Below, piece after piece: positions 10,404 to 21,229 of a DNA stretch of 64,000 nucleotides. Each line of letters begins with the position of its first letter. Position 1 is the first letter of the stretch. Position numbers and translations under genes: made by a program. This DNA is from Basidiobolus meristosporus CBS 931.73 (Eukaryota > Fungi > Basidiobolomycota): the NCBI GenBank assembly GCA_002104905.1, contig MCFE01000266.1, forward strand, positions 1-64,000, written 5' to 3'. The notes under the pieces are model-generated. The model had not been told where the DNA came from, did no database searches, and worked only from the letters and a program-made list of their open reading frames with translations.

Positions 10404-13400
10404 ATGTCGGACAATCAAGAATGGAAGAATGCCATGCAGCAAATCCTGGCCCAACAGCAACAGCTACTCCAGATCCTCAGCCAACAGCAACAAGGAATGA
10501 CTACCATGGCTCAGAGCCAGCAAAGCCCTGTCAAGAGCAACTTTAGTGTGAAGGTCAACCGGTACCATGGCAGAGTCAATGAAAACCTGGGAACTTGGCT
10601 CTTTCAGATTGAAGAAGCTTTTAAAGCTAAAGGAATTGCTCCAGAGAGCAAGTTGCATTATGCAGCTTCTTACCTGGCAGATGCAGCTTTACAGTGGTAC
10701 CACAACAAGATCAGGTCAGCTACTATGATGGGATGCTCTACAATCTCTACCTGGGATGAGTTTGTGTCGGAAATTCAGGATGCTTTTGAACCTCCACACC
10801 AGCAGACACTACTAAGAAGGAAGTTAAAGACACTCAGACAGAAAGGAATGGTGCAAGAATACATCTATGAGTACAGATGTCTACTTGGACAAATTGAAAG
10901 AATGGACCCCTTGGATCAAGTTGAATACTTTATTGATGGGTTGAAAGAAAGAACTCGCAAGGAAGTCAATTACCGAAGACCTCAGACTATTGAAGAAGCC
11001 ATCAAGATTGCCATTGACTATGACTCAGCTATGTTTGGAGTTGGGAAGCCTACAGTGACTAGTCAGAAAGGCTATAATCATTATGAAAGAAGACAATCAG
11101 AAGCAGTACCAATGGAAATAGACGCTATGCAGAAGAATCCCTCCTCAGAAGAATGCAAGAAGAGAGGACTTTGCTTCAATTGCCACCAGCAGGGACATAT
11201 TGCAAAGTACTGCCCTCAGAGAAGAAATGGACACCAGCCAACAAGAACCTTCAACCATATTGAGTCCCATGAACACAATAATGAGGAAGATGAGCTTGAA
11301 GAAGACTCGGAACTCACCTTCCATATGACAGAAGAGTACTTGTCCCAAATGACTTCAAACTCAGGGAAGTTATTGTACCTGAATGGAGCAATCAATGGAG
11401 TACCTGCCAAGATCATGATTGACTCAGGAGCATCGCATGAGTACATGTCAGAGCAATTTGCTTTGAAAGCTGGAATCAACTCCGAACCTACCAAATCAAC
11501 TTCAGTCTCCACAGCTGATGGGAACTCCCACATAATCAACCGTATTACCCAGCCAGTAAGAATGAAGATCAATGACTATGAAGAAGACCTACAGGCTTAT
11601 ATATTTGGGAACTGCAAGTTTGACCTTGTACTTGGGAAAACCTGGCTATTTTGTCGTAATCCATCAATCAACTGGAGAACCCATGCTACTCAGATCCAAA
11701 AAGACAACAAGACCTATGAGCTATTACCTGCCAGGCTGGATTTCAACTTGGTCAATTCCAGTGTGTGTGAGACAAGTGAACTTAGCAAGACCCAGTTCTG
11801 TAGAGCACTTAGAAAAGGTACCCAGATGTTCCTCATGGCGGTATTACAGGAGGATTCCTCTATCCCAGCACCCCAGCAGGTCCAGACTCTCTTGAAGAAA
11901 TATTCAGACGTGTTTCCAGATGAGCTTGTAAGCCTACCACCAGTCAGAGATGTGGATCATGCCATTGACACAGGAGATAGCCCTCCAGTGAGCAAGACAC
12001 CTTACAGAATGAGTCCATTGGAATTGGAGGAAATGAAGAAACAAATTGATCAGCTATTGGAGCAAGGATACATCAGGCCCAGCAAGTCACCTTGGGGAGC
12101 ACCAGTGCTTTTTGTGAAAAAGAAGGATGGAACACTTAGGATGTGCATTGACTACAGAGCCCTGAACTCAGTTACCGTCAAGAATAAGTACCCCATACCT
12201 CGGATTGATGAGCTTTTGGACCAACTTAATGGAGCCACTATTTTCAGCAAGATCGACCTCATGTCAGGATACAACCAGATTAGGGTGAAACCAGAAGATA
12301 TCCCTAAGACAGCATTCAGGACCAGATATGGACATTACGAGTACTTAGTCATGAGTTTTGGCCTCACTAATGCCCCTGCAACATTCATGACGCTGATGCA
12401 GACTGTCTTTCAGGAGTACTTAGACAAGTTTGTGATAATCTACCTGGATGACATATTGATATACAGCAAGACAGAAAAGGATCACATGGTGCACATTGAA
12501 AAGGTCTTGAAGAAACTAAGAGAGAACAAGCTATACGGCAAGCTAGCCAAGTGTGAATTCTTCAAGGAACACGTAGAATATCTGGGACACATAGTGACTA
12601 GCACAGGAGTAACCTTAGACCCCAAGAAGGTGGAAGTAATCAAGAATTTGAAGCAGCCCCATAGCATATCAGAACTCAGATCCTTCCTTGGAATGGTTTC
12701 CTATTATCGGAGATTTGTCAAGTCATTTGCAAGTATTGCAGCCCCTTTAACTGATATCCTCAAGAAAGACAATACCTACAAGTGGGACATAGCTTGTGAG
12801 ACTGCCTTCCAGACACTAAAGAATGAACTTGCTAAGCTGCCAAGCTTAAGAATACCAGACTTCAGAAAAGAGTTCACTCTGTGCACAGATGCTTCAGATT
12901 ATGCAATTGGTGAAGTGCTGAGCCAAGAACACGAGGGAAAGGACTACCCTGTTGCCTTTGAATCCAAGAAACTGAACTCAGCAGAACAAAACTATCCAGT
13001 TCATGAGAAGGAGATGCTTGCTATAATACACTGTTTGAAGACATGGAGATGCTATATTGAAGGAGTCAAATGCACTGTGAAGACTGATCATGCCTCCCTC
13101 AAGTATATATTTACTCAGAAGGTACTCTCTAGAAGAATGACAAGATGGAGTGAATACATTCAGCAATTTGACCTGGAGATTGTCTACTGTCCTGGAAAAA
13201 ACAACACGGTTGCTGATGCCTTATCAAGATTAGATCAAGTTGCACAACTCAACTTGGTGCATGAATCAGATTGGCCTAGCCTATTACCAAAGTACTTGGA
13301 GGACCAAGCCATTCCTAATGAGGTGGATGAAGATATCAAGAAGATAATCCGGGATGAAGCCAGCAAATTTGTTGTACAGGATGAAACACTCTACCGAATT

Positions 13401-14537
13401 GTTGATGGAAGCCCTATTGCCTATTGTCCTTATGTTGCTCGCCTGGATTTAATACATAAGCTACACAATGGATATGGACATCTTGGGATTGAAGGAACCT
13501 ATAGCCTTGTGAAAGCCAGAGCATGGTGGCCCAGAATGAAACAAGATATTGAGAAGCTAGTGAAAACATGCCCAAACTGCCAAATCAATCAGGGCCAGCC
13601 ACAAAGAATTGCCGAACTCTTCCCTTTGGAGCCTGTCAGACCATTTGAGAGATGGGGAATTGACTTTATTGGAAGACTGCCAACTACCAGGAAATGTAAC
13701 CGTTGGATCCTAGTAGCTATTGACCATGCCACTAAATGGCCAGTTGCTAAAGCCGTACCAATAGCCAGTGAACAAGAAGTTGCAAGTTTCATTTACCATG
13801 AGATCCTGATGAAGTTTGGATGCCCTGTGGAGATCTTATCCGATAGAGGTGCAAACTTTATGGCAAAGACATTAGAGGCTTACCTGGAAATGCAGCAGAT
13901 CAGACACTTGAAAACCTCGGCATATCACCCCAGAACTAATGGAGTCACTGAGCGGTTTAATGGATTATTTGGAAAAATGCTGACTAAGTATGCAAATGGA
14001 GTTGTCAGTAGATGGGATGAGTATATAGACCAAGCACTCTTAGCATGCAGAGTCAGAGTACACAACACCACCCAGCAATCACCATTTTACTTAGTTTATG
14101 GATGTGAACCTAGGATTCCAGGAGATCTCACACAACCCAAGCTTACAGATGCCTTAGAAGATGAACTTAGTCAGCCAAGTAGACACCAGCAATTGGAACA
14201 AAGACGTCAAGAGGCACAGACCAAAGTATCTCAAAGTGCAGAAAAGATGAAGCAGAGATTTGATAAGACTATAGCACCAGAAGCATTGACAGTTGGGAAC
14301 TTTGTATTGCTAAGAAACAACACTCGGAAGAAGTTTGAGCCACAATGGACAGGACCATTCAAGATCATCAGAGAATGTCCATTTGCAACTTACCAACTGG
14401 TGGACAAGCAAGGTAACATCCGGGAAGACTTAGTGCATAGGGACAGACTCAAGCTTGCAAGACTTGCTGGTAATACTGAACCATCAAGATATTGGTATCA
14501 CAAGAAAAGAGATTCAGGAGAACCCTCTCAACTTTAG
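10404..14537 (+). CDS. Ty3/Gypsy gag-pol polyprotein (1,377 aa): Gag, CCHC knuckle, protease, RT, RNase H, integrase
   Basis: [14 protein letters not shown]; IDSGAS; [10 protein letters not shown] and YLDDILI; TDASDYAI; H..YGHLG...CPNC; [16 protein letters not shown]; GPF motif. Domain order PR-RT-RH-IN. No chromodomain seen after the integrase. Confidence 0.97.
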   Translation: MSDNQEWKNAMQQILAQQQQLLQILSQQQQGMTTMAQSQQSPVKSNFSVKVNRYHGRVNENLGTWLFQIEEAFKAKGIAPESKLHYAASYLADAALQWYHNKIRSATMMGCSTISTWDEFVSEIQDAFEPPHQQTLLRRKLKTLRQKGMVQEYIYEYRCLLGQIERMDPLDQVEYFIDGLKERTRKEVNYRRPQTIEEAIKIAIDYDSAMFGVGKPTVTSQKGYNHYERRQSEAVPMEIDAMQKNPSSEECKKRGLCFNCHQQGHIAKYCPQRRNGHQPTRTFNHIESHEHNNEEDELEEDSELTFHMTEEYLSQMTSNSGKLLYLNGAINGVPAKIMIDSGASHEYMSEQFALKAGINSEPTKSTSVSTADGNSHIINRITQPVRMKINDYEEDLQAYIFGNCKFDLVLGKTWLFCRNPSINWRTHATQIQKDNKTYELLPARLDFNLVNSSVCETSELSKTQFCRALRKGTQMFLMAVLQEDSSIPAPQQVQTLLKKYSDVFPDELVSLPPVRDVDHAIDTGDSPPVSKTPYRMSPLELEEMKKQIDQLLEQGYIRPSKSPWGAPVLFVKKKDGTLRMCIDYRALNSVTVKNKYPIPRIDELLDQLNGATIFSKIDLMSGYNQIRVKPEDIPKTAFRTRYGHYEYLVMSFGLTNAPATFMTLMQTVFQEYLDKFVIIYLDDILIYSKTEKDHMVHIEKVLKKLRENKLYGKLAKCEFFKEHVEYLGHIVTSTGVTLDPKKVEVIKNLKQPHSISELRSFLGMVSYYRRFVKSFASIAAPLTDILKKDNTYKWDIACETAFQTLKNELAKLPSLRIPDFRKEFTLCTDASDYAIGEVLSQEHEGKDYPVAFESKKLNSAEQNYPVHEKEMLAIIHCLKTWRCYIEGVKCTVKTDHASLKYIFTQKVLSRRMTRWSEYIQQFDLEIVYCPGKNNTVADALSRLDQVAQLNLVHESDWPSLLPKYLEDQAIPNEVDEDIKKIIRDEASKFVVQDETLYRIVDGSPIAYCPYVARLDLIHKLHNGYGHLGIEGTYSLVKARAWWPRMKQDIEKLVKTCPNCQINQGQPQRIAELFPLEPVRPFERWGIDFIGRLPTTRKCNRWILVAIDHATKWPVAKAVPIASEQEVASFIYHEILMKFGCPVEILSDRGANFMAKTLEAYLEMQQIRHLKTSAYHPRTNGVTERFNGLFGKMLTKYANGVVSRWDEYIDQALLACRVRVHNTTQQSPFYLVYGCEPRIPGDLTQPKLTDALEDELSQPSRHQQLEQRRQEAQTKVSQSAEKMKQRFDKTIAPEALTVGNFVLLRNNTRKKFEPQWTGPFKIIRECPFATYQLVDKQGNIREDLVHRDRLKLARLAGNTEPSRYWYHKKRDSGEPSQL

Positions 14538-14538
14538 T

Positions 14539-14547
14539 AGGGGAGAA
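14539..14547 (+). promoter_or_regulatory. Polypurine tract
   Basis: AGGGGAGAA abutting the 3' LTR. Confidence 0.85.
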
Positions 14548-14915
14548 TGTTATGATCTGCCGCTTGAATGTTTAAGTTAGATCAGTTTTTAGTCAAATCA
14601 GTTAGTATATGTTTAGGTTATCAGTACATCAGTATTATCTATGAAATCAGTAGCATTAGTCAGCAAATGAATCAGCAGATCCTTATCAGACAGAAATAGA
14701 TATATTAAGTAGGATCTTATTGGGTGATGATGATGCAATCAAATGAGTCATCAGCCACAACCTACATTAGGAAATACAATTAGTCAGCAATTGATCTGGC
14801 AAAATGTATATAAGGAGCTGCTGGAACCTCAATAAAAATCAGTTCAAGTTTTAGTGAATACAATACTAGCTAAACTCCCTATTCCTCTACAACTCTTATA
14901 CCAAGACTTGTAACA
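14548..14915 (+). repeat. Gypsy 3' LTR (368 bp)
   Basis: Direct repeat of 9978-10345. Confidence 0.97.
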
Positions 14916-15026
14916 AAACTAATTACACATTCTGGACAATGGCTTATAGCTTCCCAAATTTGCTTTTATTGCATGCTCACTTTGGTACAATCTCTCTGCA
15001 GCAAGGGGATGTTACTAGTGTTGAGG

Positions 15027-15676
15027 TGTTACAAGTATTGGTTTGAGAGTTGTATTGTATTCAGTAAAACTTGAACTGATAACTGTTGTTGTTAGGCCAG
15101 GATTTGTTGCATAGCATTTTCCATTCTTGATTTTCTGACATCTTGGAGGAGGCCTCTTCTTTCTTCAAGCGAGAGATTTTTGGTTATTGCTGCTACCAAT
15201 GTTACAAGTCTTGGCATAAGAGTTGTAGAAGAATAGGGAGCTTGGCTAGTATTGTATTCACTAAAACTTGAACTGATCTATATTGAGGTTCCAGCAGCTC
15301 TTTATATACATTGTGCCAGATCAATTGCTGACTGATTGTATTTCCTACTGTAGGCTGTGGCTGATGACTTGTTTGATTGCATCATCATCTCCCAATGAGA
15401 TCCTACTTAATATATCTATTTCTGTCTGATAAGGATCTGCTGATTCATTTGCTGACTAATGCTACTGATTTCATAGATAATACTGATATACTGATAACCT
15501 AAAACATATACTAGTTGATTTGACTAAAAACTGATCTAACTTAAACATTCAAGCGGCAGATCATAACATTCTCCCCTACTAAAGTTGAGAGGGTTCTCCT
15601 GAATCTCTTTTCTTGTGATACCAATATCTTGATGGTTCAGTATTATCAGCAAGTCTTGCAAGCTTGAGTCTGTCTC
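15027..15676 (-). mobile_element. Collapsed Gypsy tandem relic: pol end - PPT - LTR - PBS - gag start - LTR 3' tip
   Basis: Read on the minus strand: pol 3' end (15676-15569), complete LTR (15568-15200), PBS and gag 5' (15199-15081), then a deleted LTR end (15080-15027). Confidence 0.75.
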
Positions 15677-18600
15677 TGCCACTTTCTTCAGATCTATGAT
15701 CTTATCATTATTCCACTATAGTCAGGATCAAATTAGCACTAATACTAACTATTATGTACTAACCCTGAAACTGTTGCAGAATGCTTGTGAATGCTGCAAA
15801 GCCCTCCTTACTAAGTGTTACAGCTGTATTACTTCTACAAAGGTATAAATACTGAGTTTCTTTATTAATAAACAACAGTTCAACTATTATCACCATTTCT
15901 TGATAAGTTCCTTATATCCAAATCACTCCATAAATTGCAACAGGTTATGGGCCCCCATTGCCTTAACCTATTCTAAAGATGACTTCTACCAGTAAACAGA
16001 ACAACATAAACATCTTCCCTGTAAAGGAGAGGTTTGATGGAAAGAACTACAGACTTTGGAGAGTCAAAATGCAGATCCACCTTGAGGAAAGGAAGCTTTT
16101 GAATATAGTAACAGGAAAAGAAGTTGAGCCCAAAGGAGCAGCACAAGAAGTGGAGAAGTTTCAAGAGAAGGAGAGAAAGGCCTTTAATGCCATATGTATC
16201 AATGTGCAAGATTCCTTCATTTGACAAATCCGTGTATCAAATACTGCCAAAGCAGCATGAAATCCCTAGAGAAGGTCTTTAAAGCAAAGTCAGTATCAAG
16301 CAAGCTTTACTTGAAGCAAAAGTTCTTCAACATGAGGAGGAAGCCAGATGATGACATGCTACAACTCATTACCAGAATGGAGACACTTGCAGAAGAACTT
16401 TACAGTATTAATGCTGGTGTAAATGATGAAGAAAAGATACTCTATAGGCTTTGCAGCCTGACAGATGAGTATGTGCCACTTATAATTTCTTTTGAAAGCA
16501 GAGAAGACAGTCAGACTCTGGACTATGTCAAAGGAAGACTTCTCCGTGAAGTACTCAGATGTAATGATCAAGCAGAGAAAATCCAGGATAATGCTTTATT
16601 CAATTCAGAAAGGCATTCAGAAAAGAAGGGAAAGCAACAAAACCAAAGAAAACCTGGTTGCTGCAATTACTGTATAAAACCAGGACACTGGGCAAGAGAA
16701 AGCAAGAAGAAACAGGTGGACAAAAAACAGAAACTAGAGCAGGCAAACCATAAAACTACTGATGAAAAACTATTTATAACTGTACAAGCAAGTGCAAGTA
16801 GTCAAAGTAATGAATGGTATTTTGGCTCTGGAGCCTCACAGCATATTTTTGGTATAAAGGAGTGGTTCAGCAACTTAAAGACTATGCCTGTAAGAAAGGT
16901 TCATCTGGGAGATAACTCTGCTCTAGACGCTACCTCCAGTAAGTCTATGCAACTAAATATGAGCAATAGCTCAGGGGAACAACAGCAAGACTCACTAATA
17001 TGCTCTATGTACCTGGAAAAGCTAGGAACCTACGCTCAGTCAGTAAAGCAACTGCTCAGGGACTGAAATTTGCTTTTACTAAGATGAGCTGCTCAATATT
17101 GAGTGAAAATGGACAAAAATTAGCTTTGGGAATCAGAGATCACAACATATACAAGATACAATGCAAGATTATTATACCTGAATATGTCAACATTGCTGAA
17201 ACTGATGAAATTAACTGGGAAACATGGCTTAGGAGGCTAGTACACAAATGGGAATAGAAAGTGAGCCAATTGGTGAAAAATCAGCTTGTTTTGGGCCTAA
17301 AGTGCTCAATTCTGATCAAATTGAATGTTTGTAAGGGATGTTCATATGGCAAACCAGCTAGGCAACATTTCAAGAGCCCACAAGGCATCAATACCACCAA
17401 AATACTGGCTATTGTACACTTAGACATATGTGGCCCCATGAGAACACTGTCCTTTGGAGCCAAGAGATACTCTATGAAGTTTATTGAAGACAAAACAAGA
17501 AATATATAGGTGTACTTCCTCAAAACAATGGATGAGGCTTTAGAGATATCAAAGCACTTCAAGAACATGGCAGAAACACAAACTGGGTGTAAATTGAAGG
17601 TACTACAAAGTAACAATGCAGGAAAATACTACTCAAAGGAGTTTGCAAAATACTGCTTGTCTACTGGTATACTTCAACAGACCACAGTTCCCAATACTCC
17701 ACAGCAAAATGTAGTAGCAGAATGTGCAATTAGAACAATAGTAGAGATGGGCAGAACTATGCTACATGATAAGGGAATGGACTACAAGCTTTGGGCTAAA
17801 TCTGTTGCTACTGTGGTATACATCTAGAACAGATGCCCAACAACAGCACTACGTGATTCTACATACTTTGATAAGTACAGGGCTATATATGTGGCTAGAG
17901 GCTGTTCCCAGATCCAGGGAGTAGACTTAAAGAAAGCATTTGCTCCGGTTGCCAAGTTTAACTCCATTAGAACTGTTCTAGCCCTGGCAGCTGTACACAG
18001 TCTAGATCTGCACCAAATGGACGTCAAAACAACCTTTCTAAATGGGGATTTGCAAGAAACCATTTATATGGAGCAACCAGAAGGTTTTACCAATCCAAAA
18101 GACCCCCATAAGGTGTGCAAACTTGGAAAATTGTTGTATGGGCTTAAGCTGGCACCTAGGACATGGTATAACAAAATTGACACATATCTAGAGGAAATTG
18201 GGTTCTCTTGTAGCACTGCAGATGACAGTATATATGTGAAACAACTGAAAAGGGTATGATCATCCTAGCTCTTTATATGGACGACCTAATTATAGCTGCA
18301 AGTGACCAAAAGGCACTTAAACAGACAAAATCAGATCTCTTCAGCAAGTTTGAGATGAAAGACATTGGAAATTGAGCTATTTTCTTGGAATTGAAGTCAA
18401 ATTCGACATACCTACTCAGAGAATTGTGCTGAATCAGTCTAAGTACATCAGCAACATTCTTAGATGCTTGAAAATGGAAAATTGCTAACCTGCAGCTACC
18501 CCTATGGACAATAACCTGAAGTTAAGCAAATCTTAGCCAGTTATAGATGAAAACGGATCAAGTATGGACCAAAACTTTCCCTATCAATTAATGGTTGGTA

Positions 18601-19667
18601 GCCTAATGTACTTGATGGTGTCTACATGTCCAGATATTGCAGTGGCAGCTGGAATAGTCAGTCAGTTCATGCAGAATTATGGATCAGATTAAATTGCAGC
18701 AGTTAAGCAGATTTTCAGATATCCACAAAGTACTATAAATATGGTACCAGAATACTCTGGAGCAGCTAACAGGCAAAAATTTGATGGTTATAGTGATTCA
18801 GATTGGGGTAGGGATCTGAATAGCAAAAGCTCTGCCACAGGCTATGTATTTCTTTATACTGGTACAGCTATTACTTGGAATTGCAAGAAACAACCAACTC
18901 TGGCCCTATCTACAACTGAAGCAGAATATATAGCTGCATGTCAAGCAACTAAGGAGGCTATGTGGCTACAAAAATTAATCAAAGACTTAGGTTTTAATTC
19001 AGATGAACCAACACGTATTTACAAGGATAATCAGAGTTGCATTTCATCAGCTAGAAATCCTGCTAATCATGCCAGAACTAAGCACATTGCAATACAGCAT
19101 CACTTTGTGAGGGAAGCTGTAGAAAATAACCTTGTAGAGATAGTATACTGCCCAACTAACAAAATGGTGGCAGATATAATGACAAAACCACTAGATAGGC
19201 CACAATTTAAGAATCTTAGGGAGGAATTAAGACTAGGAAATTATTTTGTTGAGGGGGAGTGTTGAAATTTTGGACTATTTGGTATCATTCTGCAGCTAAA
19301 TATTTACTCAACGGTTCTGGACTAGTCTTGGTCACTGTTGGACTAATATACTAATAATATACTTATCATTATTCCCCTATAGTCAGGATCAAATTAGCAC
19401 CTGTAAACAACAGTTCAACTATTATCACCATTTCTTGATAAGTTCCTTATATCCAAATCACTCCGTAAATTGCAACAGGTTATGAGCCCCCATTGCCTTA
19501 GCCTATTCAAAAGATGACTTCTACCAGTAAACAGAACAACATAAACATCTTCCCTGTAAAGGAGAGGCTTGATGGAAAGAACTTCTTTATTAATAAACAA
19601 CAGATCAGCTGTTATCACCATTTCTTGATAAGTTCCTTTTATCTAAATCACTTCTGAAATTGCAACA
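15677..19667 (+). mobile_element. Degenerate Ty1/Copia element (family 1) with 5'-truncated LTR and tandem 3' remnant
   Basis: Partial 5' LTR at 15677-15942, PBS, gag from 15979 (FDGKNYRLW; CNYCIKPGHW), protease-like EWYFGSGASQH, GAG-pre-integrase (CKGCSYGK; HLDICGP), IN (17510-17827), RT (17891-18740), RNase H (YSDSDW; ALSTTEAEY; RTKHI). PPT GAGGGGGAG at 19251-19259, deleted LTR at 19260-19477, second PBS and gag start at 19478-19582, LTR tip at 19583-19667. Confidence 0.9.
15943..15954 (+). promoter_or_regulatory. Copia PBS complementary to the tRNA-iMet anticodon arm (half-tRNA priming)
   Basis: GGTTATGGGCCC right after ...TTGCAACA; GGTTATGAGCCC at 19478. This is the PBS type known from Drosophila copia and yeast Ty5. 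Confidence 0.8.
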
Positions 19668-20850
19668 TACATTGTGCAAGGTACAGCCAGCTATCTTACT
19701 GATGACTGGGGTATCTTCAATGCAGATAATTTTATGATCTTTCACATAAGGGTCATATACTGTTATCCTGATAGAATGCATAAAAAATTCATCCAGCAAT
19801 GTATACAGGTAGCTATCTAGGTTGTACAGTGATTTTGGCCCAGATAACAGTGAACCTACCTTCAGATTTTGGCTCTAATTCCACAAGATAGGTGGCAGTT
19901 TCAGGTTGATGAGAATCAGTGGCCAGCAGGAATTGCTGCTGCAGTACTTGTTTAATGAGAATCCATCAAGTGCCAAGGGTATGGCATGTTCTTATACACC
20001 TTCAAAGTAACCCTTGCTTCTTGCTGTTTGTGACATTTGCCTTCAAATTTATCTGATATGTATGTGCTGGATTGATGCTGAGTGCAGTTATTAATAGCTT
20101 CAAAATATTTGCCAAACTGCATGGGCTTCTTTATATGGGGTATTACTGCAAAATATCCAATGTGCAAACAATGTTTTCTCCCATTTGTGGGAGATTACTG
20201 ACAAATTGGGCATCTTGCCATGGCAGCATTGTTGGATGTGAATGCCATGTAGCTGTTAAAAATGCTGGAATCAGGACAGTCTCCATATGCCATTGTTCAT
20301 CCACTGGTTTGCAAATGTTCCAGTCTTCAGCCATCTCTGCAAGGTCTAGCACCTCATCTGGCAGTCTTTTCAATAAATCCTTGCAGTATTAAGGTGCATA
20401 CACTTGAGCACTGCTCTTGGAGAAGTGCTGCAACCTTTTGGTGTGCCTACCATTGTTACAAAATTCCACTGAAGACTTTGAGATAGTCCTTCAAGTTCTT
20501 GATATTGTACCCTTGTTTGTCAGTGGAACTCCTCTCTGTTAGCAATGGAGGATATGGATGCTGAGGTAGACAATTTGCCTTTTTCTGCAAACCCGTCTAC
20601 CTTGCAGGAGTGTAGCTCAGCTGCTTGTGCTTCCAACTATTGTGAAAACAGCTGTTTTCTTGTTGGTAATCTTTTTGGCTATGATGGGATTCAGTCTGTT
20701 CCAGGCTTGCAGCATTAATTGGCAAAAGCTGCAGTTTTTTATGCATGCCTCCCTGTCTCAGGCTTGGGCAGACATTTTTCCCTTTACCTTTTCCTTTATC
20801 ACTGCCTGGTCTTTCACTGAAGCTTTGTTGGAGTGCTTCTTGTAATGTAC
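19668..20850 (-). pseudogene. Tnp2-like transposase N-terminal relic plus spacer
   Basis: ORFs 19952-20167 and 19605-19799 (IICIEDTPVISKIAG...HN) align with ORF 32574-33218 (IICIGDTPAISKVACFSGHN). Confidence 0.7.
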
Positions 20851-21219
20851 TGTTACAAGTCTTGGTATAAGAGTTGTAGAGGAATAGGGAGTTTAGCTAG
20901 TATTGTATTCACTAAAACTTGAACTGATTTTTATTGAGGTTCCTGCAGCTCCTTATATACATTTTGCCAGATCAATTGCTGACTAATTGTATTTCCTAAT
21001 GTAGGTTGTGGCTGATGACTCATTTGATTGCATCATCATCACCCAATAAGATCCTACTTAATACATCTATTTCTGTCTGATAAGGATCTGCTGATTCATT
21101 TGCTGACTAATGCTACTGATTTCATAGATAATACTGATATACTGATAACCTAAAACATATACTAGTTGATTTGACTAAAAACTGATCTAACTTAAACATT
21201 CAAGCGGCAGATCATAACA
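20851..21219 (-). repeat. Gypsy dimer outer (3') LTR
   Basis: Reverse complement of the family LTR, 369 bp. Confidence 0.95.
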
Positions 21220-21229
21220 ATCTCCCCTA

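Larger units (their letters stand above)
9978..14915 (+). mobile_element. Full-length Ty3/Gypsy LTR retrotransposon (4,938 bp)
   Basis: TG...CA LTRs at 9978-10345 and 14548-14915, PBS, PPT and a single gag-pol ORF. 4-bp TSD AAAC (9974-9977 / 14916-14919). The rejoined flanks align with the uninterrupted Tnp2 relic at ~42285-42315 (reverse strand). Confidence 0.97.

Noticed and set aside
10346-10546. [14 protein letters not shown]... (and copies at 25221, 29788, 36501) as an upstream gene
   Set aside because: It begins at a TTG inside the PBS and is an off-frame shadow of gag.
11216-11895. Recurrent antisense and alternate-frame ORFs (MIFILTGW..., MTMKKTY..., MKLATSC..., MLNVFTP...)
   Set aside because: They recur only because the parent element is repeated; they are short, overlap pol and have no motif support.
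14300-14537. Chromodomain at the integrase C-terminus
   Set aside because: The ORF ends shortly after the GPF motif and no chromodomain aromatic-cage pattern is visible.
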